DNA of 64,000 nt from the human T2T-CHM13v2.0 reference genome, Homo sapiens. The stretch lies in assembly GCF_009914755.1 (NCBI RefSeq), contig NC_060947.1, one strand, 5' to 3'. The translations under genes were made by a program, and so were the position numbers. The notes beneath the pieces were generated by a model. The model was given only the letters and a program-made list of their open reading frames with translations. It ran no database searches and was not told the origin of the DNA. This document shows, in pieces, positions 1 through 11,640 of this stretch (position 1 is its first letter; the number at the start of each line of letters is the position of its first letter).

Positions 1-207
1 AAACTGGAAGCAAAGAGTGCCCACCGCCCAGGATGGCCAATCCCAGGCAAACGGGTGAGGTGGGACTGGGGGCGAGTGCTGAAGAGGAATAAGTAGGATT
101 GAAACGTTGCCTGAGGAATACTTGTGACAAAACCCAGAGAAGGTCCCTGAAGATTAGAACTAGAAGGAAAACTGCTCAAGAATTGTTCTACAGAGGGCAG
201 ATGAGGA

Positions 208-209
208 AG

Positions 210-249
<40 letters not shown>

Positions 250-284
250 AAGAGAGAAAGAAAGAAAGAAAGGAAGAGAGAGAG

Positions 285-323
<39 letters not shown>

Positions 324-526
324 AAAGAGAGAAGGAGGGAGGGAGGGAAAGAAGAGAGAAAGAAAGAAAGAAAAAGAAAGAAAGAAAGAAAGAAAGAAAG
401 AGAAATAAAGAAAAAGAAAGAGAAAGAAGGAAAAGAAAAAGGGAGAGAAAAGGAAGGAAGGGAGGGAGGGAAGGGAAGGGAAGGGAAGGGAAGGGAAGAA
501 AATGAACGAACTAGGGAAGGAGGGTG
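208..526. repeat. Polypurine simple repeat (GA)n/(GAAA)n/(GGAA)n/(GGGAA)n
   Basis: Nearly pure A/G tract read directly from the sequence. Confidence 0.97.
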
Positions 527-669
527 AGATAGTAGTCAGGAAATAGCCCCTGGGGCGTCCTGGAAAACCTTTTCTGCGATGGCCTTTTTTTTGTGCATGC
601 GAGTCCCTGGTAGCCTCGCGCTCTGTTGAGGGACTGGGGTGGTGACTAGCAGGACTTGGTCCTCAGAAC

Positions 670-1075
670 AGTCCATTAATCAGACCTTAGGCTTCATCCT
701 GGCCATGAAGGCGCGGTAGCGACTCCCATGCAGAAAATTCGTTTTCCCTCGTCCTACTCAGCTCCACCCCCTTCTTAATTCGGTTTTGTTAATGGCATTA
801 AACCAGGCGAAGAAATCATATAGATGGATTAGTCTTACTGCATCCCAGGCGGTAACTCAATTACAAGAGCCTGCTGTGGCTTTCAAGACCAGGAGTGTGG
901 GCTGCCCCTGCTCCCAGTCCAGGTCTAAAGGTCGGCAACCCTCTAAACTCAATTTGCAGCCTCCATCCTCAGTCTGAGAGGAACTCCAGGCCCATTTTTC
1001 TTGTAAATAATATCTAATAATCTGAGGCTTGATGACACGATGTGATTATCCAAGCCAATGTTAGACCATTAGTTC
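670..1075. promoter_or_regulatory. Candidate enhancer: homeodomain-site cluster in non-repeat DNA that retains CpG
   Basis: TAATCA 677, TAATggcATTA 790-800, GGATTAG 826-832, TAACtcaATTA 853-863, TGTAAATA 1002-1009, TAATCT 1018, TGATTA 1043. Function is inferred only. Confidence 0.4.
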
Positions 1076-1181
1076 ATATCAGTTGTCTGGGAAGGAAAAC
1101 ATTTCTCTTCAAATGATCGAATTCAAAAGGGTTGGAGGTTTAGATGGGTTTAGAGGAAAGGTCGAGGGGAAGGGGAGTCCT

Positions 1182-1262
1182 ACCCCAAATCTCAGCATTA
1201 TGCAGTATACCCATGTGATGAACCTGCACATGCACTTCCTGAATCTAAAATAAAAGTCAACA
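1182..1262 (+). mobile_element. L1 3' end fragment (L1PB/L1MA-like)
   Basis: cccaaatctcagcattatgcagtatacccatgt...aacctgcacatg...tgaatctaaaataaaag is an L1 terminal motif. Confidence 0.8.
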
Positions 1263-1304
1263 TTTTTTAAATAATAACAATTTATACCCCAAAACAGTAA
1301 ACAT

Positions 1305-1566
1305 CAATTTAGCACCTAACCTGTGCCAAGCAGCATGCTAAATGCTTTTACATCATTATCTTATTCCATCTTCACAACAACCCCAAGGACGTGTTGGTTT
1401 TGTTATTTTCGTTTCACAAATGAGGAAAATGAAGCTCAGAGAGGTAAAGTAACTTGCCAGGAGGTCACACAGCTGGTACATGGTGCAGCATGGATCACAA
1501 AGATGGGCAGCAGGCTAGGATGCCAGGTGGGTCTGTCTCTAAAACCAGTGATCATCTGTTATACCA
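1305..1566 (-). mobile_element. MIR SINE
   Basis: Reverse MIR core: acaaatgaggaaaatgaagctcagagaggtaaagtaacttgcc...ggtcacacagct. Confidence 0.85.
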
Positions 1567-3605
1567 CGTGGTCTCTCAAAACTCCTAGCAGCCTCTTAAA
1601 GAGAGGTGGGAGGCACATTTTCACTGGTCCTGTCTGCCAATTCTAAACTCCTAGGTCTTTTAAAACTTCCCTAGCTCAGCACATTCAATCAAAAGCATAC
1701 ACACACATACTCCTCCGTTGTGTACATACCATTTAATTTGTCCACATCCCTCCAGTAAGCAACAATACCTTATTTTGGGAAAAGGGTCAGTTTCTGTCTT
1801 GGAAGATATCAAGCATGGCATTGATGTGGACACTGGGTGTCTCAGCTTTCCTGCCACGTTAAGATTTCCAGGAAAGTTCTCTCCACAGATAAGACCCCTC
1901 TCTAAGCCCTATCAACAATGACACCTCTAGCAAGGGTAACTTCCAACTGGAAGCTAGATATCATTCTGTTCCTTAAAGGAGACTAATCTTCAATATATGA
2001 CTAAACCTAGGTTAGTTAATATGATCAAGGTGAGTTGAGATGTCTGCTTTGGAAAATTAGTGGAGTCTGTCTGTCCATGAACACAAACAGGTAAAATACA
2101 GTGTTTTGCTTCACTGTAAACCACCTTGGAAAGGAAATATCAGAAGATAAAGGAAATACACACTTCATGCAAGAACAGTATGGTGGTTTGTGTCCATACA
2201 GAGACAAATCAATGACATCATAAGGACACTCATGTCAGAGACCAAGGATTATGAATAGTCAAGTGCAGGGACAAACATTCTTATCTAAACCAAGCTTCTG
2301 AAGATTCTGCTAAAGAGGTCACTGGCAGCTTGTTCTGTGAAAGGAATGGGGGACTTTCTCTCTTCAAAGCCCCATGACAAATTTAGTATGAAAAAAGTGT
2401 TGTTGCAATTGACTCAGAAAAAGGCATGGTCCAGTGTCCAGCCCCCAAGCTACTTGGTAATGCAGGATGGTCAGCTGGAAGATCTGACATCTGTGTGAGG
2501 ATGGTCCGTAGGTCTTTTCCTGCCACCAAAGGGACTCAGTCTTCAAGCATCTCAAGGAAGACCTGGCTGAGCTTATAGTACTTCCCCTTTCCCACCCAGC
2601 CTTTCCCACACAGATCCATCTCCCTCATCCCACTGTAGTGGAAGTACGTTCAGTTTTCAGTGTAGCAATTTGCACTTAACTGGTCACTTCACCTCTCTGT
2701 GCCTTGTCACTTTGGTAAAATGTGTCCCATCCTGTCTCTGCTGCTCTTATGAGAGAAATTCCATTGACCCGGTAGAGTATGGGGTGCAGAGTTATTCTGT
2801 GTAGTAGAGTGAATTAGTCCTGGAATTAAAGCAATATTCTAAAACAAAATGTTGCATGGCCACGCCTCTAAATAGGGCTGGGCTGCTTTCTGGAATAAAG
2901 GACAGAGGCTTCACTACTTGGTAGTGAAGTGGAAAAGGTCCTAAGGAGGCTCACCCTCTTGGCCCTATTATCTCAGTGTCAGTTTCCTGCTAGTCTACAA
3001 ATGCCTCAAGACACCAGACTCTGGATTCCAGGTTTGCTCATCCTACAGCAGCTCTGAGCAATGTTTCTGGGCAAGAGACCACATGGTTCCCTTGTCTGTG
3101 CTAACGGGTAAAGTTGGAGTGAGCAGGAGGGCAGAGGACACATACACTTAGGGCTTTTTTTTCTGGCAGTTTTGGACTACCTGGGTGTAGAGACATTGTC
3201 ATCAGGCACCACCAAATTAGATGTTTTAGTGACAAGACTGCTTCTCACTGGATGAAACATGTTTTTCATTTGTGAAAACATTTCACAGCAGAAAGCTGGT
3301 TCAAAAGGAGGCAGCCTGGCAAAAGCTACACTTCCAGCCAGAGTGCTTGAGATAAAGAAAAGCCCACTGGGCCAAGATCTGGGAGTTGGAAGCCACTTTA
3401 ATTTTTACGCTTAAGTCTCAACAATTTGAACGTTCAGATCCAAATGCCAGAGCTCTGAAAGGCATTCATTTCTGATTCAAACCCTGCAGTGTTTATCTAT
3501 ATCATGATTTAAGGTTCATTTCTATTGGAATCTCCAATGAGTTGGTGGATTTCTACAACAAAAGACCTGGAAAACATAATCTGCCGCTCCCCAACTCTTG
3601 GCCAC

Positions 3606-4151
3606 TGTAGCAGTTTTAAAATGTGGCCATTGAAAGGTGGCCACTATGTCCTCCCTTCTTGATACTGACTGGGTTTGTAACTGCTTCAGCCCATACAGTA
3701 TGGTAGAAGTGTTACTCTGTTACTTTTAGGCTAAGTGAGAAGAGGCCACGTAGCTTCTGCCTGGCACTCTTTGGAATGTTTGCTCCGGGAAAAGCCAGCT
3801 ACCATGTATGAAGTTTGTCCACACTGAGGCTGCCATACTAGAGAGTTCACATTTAGGCTCACCAGTCAACCATGCTAGCTGAGCTCCCAGACGACAGCCA
3901 GCATTGCTGGCCGGCAAAGGGAGAGATCTGTCTTGGATGTCAAGTCCAATCATACCACGAGATAACTGCAGCCCCAGCTGACATGTGACTGCAGCTTTAT
4001 GAGAGATCCCTCAGTGGAGAACTACTCAGTGGAGTCCTCCTCACATTCCTAACCCATAAAATTGTGAACAAAATTAAATGTCTTTAATTTCTAATTTGTT
4101 TTTAGCTACTAAATTTTAGGGTAATATGCTATGCAGCAATAGTTACTGGAG
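3606..4151 (+). mobile_element. MaLR solo LTR, MLT1G-like
   Basis: TG start, actgcagccccagctgaca motif, 3' end ttttagggtaatatgctatgcagcaatag. Confidence 0.8.
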
Positions 4152-4159
4152 TCGTGACC

Positions 4160-4667
4160 AACAAGTTCTCCTAATCCTATATATATTTATATGCCTCTCC
4201 ACCTTGCAGAGCTAATGTCTATTTCCCTCACCCTTGAATCCAGGCTGTCCTTGTGACTTGTAATGTGGCTAAAGTGATCCTATGCCAGCTTCAGTCCTCA
4301 CCTTTAAGAAACTTGGCAGATGCAGTTCCCTCAAGGGGAAGCCAGACACCATGTAAGAAGTCAGACACCCTGAGACTCAAGTTGTAAGGAAGCCCGAGCT
4401 GGCCATATGAAGAGTCCATGTGAAAGGGAACTGAACAACTCAGCTGATGGCAAGAACCGAGGCTCCAGACATATCGCACCAATTAAGCCATCTCAGTCAG
4501 CTCCTAGCCATTCAAGCTGTGAGCCTCCAGATTTCATGGGAAACCAAAAAGCCATTCCTGCTCCACCCTGTCCCCATTTCCAACCCACAGACTTGTGAGC
4601 AAATTGGTGGTTGTTTTAGGCCACTCAGTTTGGGAGTGCTTTGTTACGCAGCAATGGATAACTGAAA
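4160..4667 (+). mobile_element. MaLR solo LTR, MLT1H-like
   Basis: cccttgaatccaggctg...ccatgtaagaagtc...ggttgttttaggccactcagtttgggagtgctttgttacgcagcaatggataactga. Confidence 0.8.
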
Positions 4668-5354
4668 TGAGTAGTCCAGAAAGATTTTCAGATCAAGTCT
4701 TCTCTGTTCCCTATGTTTGTCTGTTACAAACCAGAATGGGTTTTAAAGTGAGAGAAAGTTACAAGACAGAGCGATGTCAATGATGCATCCCAAAACAGCT
4801 TAACACTAAGACCCTTCCAATCTACACGAAGCAGATGTGTGATTTTCTGCCTCCTGTAAAATTGACATTTGGGCCATTATAATGCGATGTTGGGATGCCT
4901 GTCAGGAATGAACATCTTTAAATGTTTGTCACTTTCTTCTCCAGTGAAGAAGGAAACAATGAGCTACAGCTTTTCCAAAGATTCCATCTCATTCCCAACC
5001 AATATCACCGGGCAGCCCTGGATCTTCACCCAGAATCCCTATCATTCCACAGCATTCAGAATCACCTGTGTCAAAGAGGAATGGGTAATCAAAGTTAGCC
5101 TTTTCCTCATAGCATGCTCCCAACATTCACTACATCTGAAACTGAGGACCTTGCCATTGTCTCTCCCAGGAAGTAACACACAAAAGACTTTGGCCTGGGT
5201 CAGTTTCCAGAAGATTTTCAGGTCTTGTTCTTGCCTTCATTCTAGCAGTCATACTGACAATGGTAAAATAAAACAGTTCGGGAGAGAAAATTTTATTTCA
5301 CAAAAAAATTATTGGATATAGTAGTAAGTTGTTAGCCCTTCATATTTGCCTATA

Positions 5355-5490
5355 TCTTGAATTCTCTCAACAAGATTGTAAATTCGTAGAAGAAAAGGAC
5401 TGTGTGAAACTCCTCTAAGATTAACTTGTCCCATGCCCAACCTGTGGTATAACATAGTGCCTGGCACGTAAGAGGCACAATAAATATCCT
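5355..5490 (+). mobile_element. L2 3' end fragment
   Basis: aacatagtgcctggcacgtaagaggcacaataaatat terminal motif. Confidence 0.65.
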
Positions 5491-5499
5491 CATCATTAT

Positions 5500-5745
5500 A
5501 ATGTTATTTGCTTAATATACTAGTATGTACTACATATTTATCCAGAATATGGCACTTTATACTGAAAGCAACCCTCTGAGTTAATGGTTATTATTATCTC
5601 CATTTTCCAGATGAGGAAACAAGCTCAGAGAGGTGAAGCAACATATCCAAGATTATACAGCTAGTAAGAGGTGCACCCAGGCAGGATTGAGATGCAGGTA
5701 GGTCCTTCTGCTTCCAAAGTCCCTGCTCTTTCCACAATATGACAC
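5500..5745 (-). mobile_element. MIR SINE
   Basis: tccattttccagatgaggaaacaagctcagagaggtgaagcaac core. Confidence 0.8.
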
Positions 5746-5949
5746 TGAATATTTTGTTAATATTATGAAATAAAAAATACCTCTAAAATTTCTCTGAAGA
5801 TAAAGTCAAACATTAGAGAAAGAGAAGAGATCTCAGGGCTTACTGGGCTCTCCTTTGTTTTCTGTCAGTGCCTTTGTTTTCTTTCTTTGTTTTCTGTCAA
5901 TGCCTGACCCTTGCCCCTCCCCACATCCCGCTACCCCCCACCCCCACAG

Positions 5950-6356
5950 TGTGATAGACATAAAGGAGTGCTGTCCAGATTCTCCTCCCAAGAAAGGCTT
6001 GCTGCCCAGCTATGGGGAGTGCAGTCGCTAGGCAGCCTCCAGCTGTCAGCTCCCTCACGGTTTGTCTCTGCTGCGGAACTGCTTCACTTGAGGTCATTCC
6101 CTTCCTAGGTCAGCCCACATTCCATGAATGAGCAAAGCCTGGCCATTTTAGATCAACACAGGCACTCTGACAGACAATACTCACTCCAGAGCTCCCTGCC
6201 GGGTAGGCTAAGGCTTCGTTAGTCCTGCTTCACAGTTCAACTTCTCCCTCTGCCCAACTCAGCCTCCTCCCACTTCCTTTCACAGTTGTTGATCCCTAAT
6301 GAAAACATCTTCCACCACAAACTCCATCTGCTTTCAGACATTCCCATCTGTGACAC
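5950..6356 (+). mobile_element. ERVL solo LTR, LTR16A-like
   Basis: TG...CA ends; cagctgtcagc, ctccagagctccc and caacttctccctctgcccaa motifs. Confidence 0.8.
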
Positions 6357-7707
6357 CTTCTCTCTCTGTTTCTCTCCAACCCTGTCTTATTGCCCACGAT
6401 TTTGGTAAAGAAAGATTCTGGGAATCTTCCTCTTCCTCTGATAGTTTAAATGATCTTCACTGCATTGCCAGTCGTTTTGCTTCTGATCCTTTGTCTTCTT
6501 GGGTAGCTTCTTGGAGCCTTCTTTGGAGTGCTAGGGGTTGGGACATGTGAAGAGCCCTTATACACAGCTGGTACTGTATACAACTGTTACATTTTAGAGA
6601 AAGAGAAGTGACTCACAGATGGTCAAGAAATAACAAGCTGGGTTTCTCATGATGAGACACTTAGACCTATACTTTCCTTCACTTGAAACTGTAACCTACT
6701 TGGTATGATTTTACATGGTGTAGAATGGATGTGTCTGGCACATGGCTGAAGTGACTTTACCCATTACACTGTTGTCATAACTGTACCTGCCATACTGTAG
6801 CTAACTGTGGTCTTCTCTAAGGGACCTCCCTACTCATGTACTCTTCTCAGTATCCCACGTGTGGGATTCTTTATTCTTCCCCATTCTACTTCTCCCAGTG
6901 CAGTCTCTGCTGCTATTTCCCTTTCCATGTTCTCATCCCCTCTCCCACTATGAGGATCTTGCATGATTGTTTCTTATTACATTTTTTTCTGTATTTATTC
7001 CACTCTATTCTATAAGGCCTTTTCCCTCCCTACATCACCCAGCCTGCAAGGTAAGGAATCACTGTTGTCTGCTTTGGGGAGGCAACTCAGATCAATAATA
7101 GGAGCCTTACTGTTGCTTGGACAGCACAAGAGAATCTCCCTGGAGGGTCCCCACTTACTATAAAAGAAAAGAAACAACAGCATCATTTTCCTTTGTTTTA
7201 GGCATACACCAGAAGCATTGTCAAGGCAGCAAGACTAATGACCCAAAATAAATGAGGTAATTAATATATCGTGCTTTATATAAACTGTCATTTCGTCCTT
7301 GTACCTTTTCTCAGTATTACACAGTGTCAGCCTTGATTTACAAGTAATGAAAAGAGCTTGGAAAGGGTAATTACCAGCTCAGGTTCCCATATCTATGGAA
7401 TAGCACTAGCAGTATTTGAACCCAGGTCTTTCTGTTGCAAAATCCAATACTTTTTGCATATCAGATGCTGACGTTGTCAAGAAGGCTGCGGTTGGCATGG
7501 GCCAGAGGATTCTGAAAGAATCCATGGATACTGAGTGATGCTCTGTCTTTTTTGGTAGTGAAGAGGACATTTCTGAGAACCACATCAAAGCACACCAATC
7601 AAGAAAGCTATGGCACTGTGACTAAGGACAGAGGAGTCCTCTCAGAGGCTTCCTTAGCCACACTCATAATCCTACACTGCTAGTCTTTGTTCTTTCTTCT
7701 GGGGTAC

Positions 7708-8177
7708 TGTGCTGGATTGTCCGATGTCAACTCAGGGACCACTTCTGGTTAAGGCTGGGAAGTAGGTTTTCAGAAGCTCTTTCCTTATATGGTTCCAAGT
7801 TAGACTTTGCCACTGAGAGAAACTCACTCAAGGCTTGGAATGTGGGAGTGAAGCAGAAGTCATTGTTCTCAGGAGGCTGTGACAGTCAGATAGTGTGGCT
7901 TCACAGATCTCTCTATGACGTCCACTTCCGATTAGCCTTATGCAACTAGACCTGGTGACTTCTCAGAATTCCTGTGAGCTTTTGTTTCCTCACCTCCTCC
8001 AGTGTTTCAAGTTAAAGTCATTAGAGACATTTGTGTGATCCTCCAGCATGAATCTTCCAGACTTTCACTCTCTAGCTCCCACTTTTTATGAATCCAGTTT
8101 CTAAAATATATTAAATTCCTTATCATTGTTAACATTTTAGTGGCTCTATTTTCATGACTGTACCCAAACTGATGCAG
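7708..8177 (+). mobile_element. ERVL solo LTR, LTR41-like
   Basis: ttccttatatggttccaagttagactttgcc...gtgaagcagaagtcattgttctc; ends aactgatgca. Confidence 0.65.
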
Positions 8178-9269
8178 GTACCCACCCTGAATTTCACCAC
8201 TAGTTCTGTGTTATTATAAAGTGACGCCCTAGGAAGTAATGTAACTAAAATCCATTAAAAGGCCTTTTTTCTTCTTCTTTAGAAACCACAGAGGGCTCTG
8301 GGAAGATACCAACTAAGCATGTGTTGTTTCCCATTGTCAGCTCCAGGCTTCCTGCTTCTCCTCAACCTAATGGCTATTGAAGCCTAAGGAGAAGAACTGG
8401 ATATGAGTAGGGTCCTAGACGTTGCAGAAGACTTAATAAAAATAAGTGTTATCAGGCTTTGCCCCTTGAGCAAAGCCTGGATCCAGCACTAGAAAGGCCC
8501 AGCACAAACAGACTAGGAGATTGGGAAAACAACATTATACTTGTGTTCCTGGTCTCCTAGACCTTCAAGAGGCCAAGAAGGAATGAACTAAAGGAACAGA
8601 CAGGGTCAGTGTAGACCTGGGAAGACAGCAGCTTTCTCCAGGTACTAGTTTCTAGTATCCCACTACTCAATGGCTTACAACCCCTTGGGGAGCTCCCCTT
8701 CTAATATGAGCTGACCTCAATGTGCTGACAACAAAATGCTTTATAACCATTTCTGTGGGTTCAGCAATCACCAACCAGAGAGAGGTAAATTGAGCAATGT
8801 ATACCTAAAAAAAATTAAACTGATGTGAGGAGAGACAAGTGACAACTTGAAAACCATCACTACCAATAACGATAACAAAATAGGAGCATATAAGGAGATA
8901 CATGCACAGCATAAAAATAGACTTTCTAGAACTGCAAACAAAAATGTGATTTCCCAAATAAACAGTTCAGTAGATGCACTTAAGACGAAGAGGATTATTG
9001 CTGAGACCCAAAACAGTGGCCTGGAAGATAAAGTGGAAGAAGTATCACAAAGCACAAAGTCAAAAATATAAAGACAATGAAATGATGAAGAGAAACATAA
9101 GAACCTTTGAGGATAGATCCTGAAAAATAATAAGTCTCCTAGAAGGAGAAAAGAGAAGAAATATAGGAAAATCTGTGATTTTTTTTTTTGGTCAAAGATA
9201 ATGGAAAATAGCTTTTCTGAGCATAACAATTATAAAATTTAAATGAATAATTTAAAATATGCAAAAAAT

Positions 9270-9758
9270 AACTGTTTGGAGTATATACCCAAAGGAAAAT
9301 GAATCAGTCTACCAAAAAGACACATGCTCTTGTATGTTCACTGCAGCTTTATTCACAATAGCAAAGACATGGAATCAACCTAAATGCCTATCAACAGCAG
9401 ACTGGATACAGAAAATGGGGTACCTATACACTATGGAATATAATACCGCCATAAAAAATAATGAAGTCATGTTCTTTGCAGCAACATGGATGCAGCTGGA
9501 GGCCATTATCCTAAGTGAACTAATGCAGAAACATAAAACCAAATACCATAAGTTCTGACTTATAAGTGGGCGCTAAACATTAAATACATGTGGACACAAA
9601 GATGGGAACATGAGTTGGGAAGCTACCTGTCAGATAGTATGCTCACTACCTTGGTAGCAGAATCATTCTTACAACAAGCCTCAGTGAATGCAATTTACCC
9701 ATGTAACAAACCTGCACATATACTCACTGAATCTAAAATAAAATAGAAAAGAAAAAGA
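9270..9758 (+). mobile_element. 5'-truncated L1PB-like 3' end
   Basis: ORF 9259-9558 matches the ORF2 C-terminus (MFTAALFTIAKTWNQPKC); 3'UTR and A-rich tail follow. Confidence 0.9.
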
Positions 9759-9894
9759 GGAAATTACAAAATACACTCCTAGAACACCATTGATTCAAAA
9801 GTGAAATTATAAACTATGTAAACAGCAATTAAAAAGAACATTTTATTCCAAAACCTATGTGGCGCAAAGAATGTTGTACTCAGAAAAAAATTCC

Positions 9895-10158
9895 TTTTTT
9901 TTTTTTTTTTTTTTTTTTACTTTAAGTTATGGGATACATGTGGTGAACGTACAGGTTTGTCACATAGGTATACATGTGCCATGGTGGTTTGCTGCACCTA
10001 TCAACCCGTCATCTAGGTTTTAAGCCCCACATGCATTAGGTATTTGTCCTAATGCTCTCCCTCCCCTTTCCCCACACCACCGACAGGCCCCGGTGTGTGA
10101 TGTTCCCCTCTCTGTGTCCATGTGTTCTCATTGTTCAACTCCCACTTATGAGTGAGAA
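9895..10158 (-). mobile_element. 5'-truncated L1PA8-like 3' end with poly(A)
   Basis: Poly-T, then ctaggttttaagccccacatgcattagg; candidate TSD aaaaaattc at 9885 and 10157. Confidence 0.9.
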
Positions 10159-10836
10159 AAAATTCTATTCTTAAATGTTTTCAGTATTAATAAACAAAGG
10201 TGAGAAGGTAAATGAGCTTAAAATTCATCTTAAAATATTTGGAAAAGAACCACAAATAAAACTAAAAAGAACTAGGAAAGGCTTTGATAACATAAAAGCT
10301 GGAATTAATGAAATAGCCAAAAATTGTTCTTTGAGAAATAAAACAGATAATCATCTTGCAAGTCTAATTAAGAAAAAAATAATAAATATTTACAAGACTT
10401 GAAATGAAAAAACAGACATAACCACAGATGAGACAATTTTAAATAATTATATAAGAAAGTACATTAAACTCTGTAACAACACATTTGAAAACCTAGAGAA
10501 AAAGGATGATTTTTTAGAAAGCCAAATTAACCCCACAAGAATAAAAATTGAATAGGTCAATTATCAAATAAAAGAATTAAATCGTGAATAAACATCTACC
10601 ACTGAAACAGTCATCATAGCAGAGAATCATTTGCTCCGATTCAACTTTTTTCTTTTAAAACAAGTAATTTTACTGTCATTTAAATTCTTATAGGCCATAA
10701 AAAATAAAGCCCCTTAATTCTTTTTTATAAAGCCAACCTAAATTTAATATCCAAACCTAGAAGGAAGACCACAAAAAAGAAATCTATAGACACTAATTCT
10801 TGGGTGTAAATGTTGACATTTTGAATAAAACATTAG

Positions 10837-11159
<323 letters not shown>

Positions 11160-11197
11160 ACAATCTTTCAATAAAGTATAATTATAACCAACTAGAG

Positions 11198-11640
11198 TGT
11201 GGTGGATTACAGTATTGGTTCCAGTTCTTCACTCCTCCCTGTGTCCAGGTATTTTTACATGGTGTACATTTCCCTGTCCCTTAACTTTGAAATCAGCCAA
11301 ATGCCACTTCCCAGGCTAGGCCTTAAGAAACCTTGTGCATTTTCTCCTTCCCTCCTGTGTCTCTGCAGTCACCTCGAGACTAGCCTGGCTAGCCTACTTG
11401 CCTTGTCAGGAGGATAAGAGTTACTTAGGGCAGAGCTGCACTTGCCACTACAGCCTGAAGTAAAGCAGCTCCAACAGACCAACAGACCTACAGTGACAAT
11501 CAGAGCCACTCAGCTCAACCCAAACTGGATCAGCCAGACCCCAGTTAACCTGAAGACACACAAGCAGTAACAAATGATTGTTGTTTTTAAAGCCACTGAG
11601 ATTTTGGCTGGTTTGTTTCATAGATATTACTAACTGACAT
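11198..11640 (+). mobile_element. MaLR solo LTR (MLT1H2/I/J-like)
   Basis: tgtggtggatt start, ggctaggccttaagaa, 3' gttgtttttaaagccactgagattttgg...taactgaca. Confidence 0.75.

Noticed and set aside
99-527. 142-aa K/E/R-rich ORF
   Set aside because: It is the translation of the purine microsatellite, which lacks stop codons by composition
4869-5321. 150-aa ORF in unique sequence
   Set aside because: Non-ATG start, no recognisable domain and no supporting exon structure
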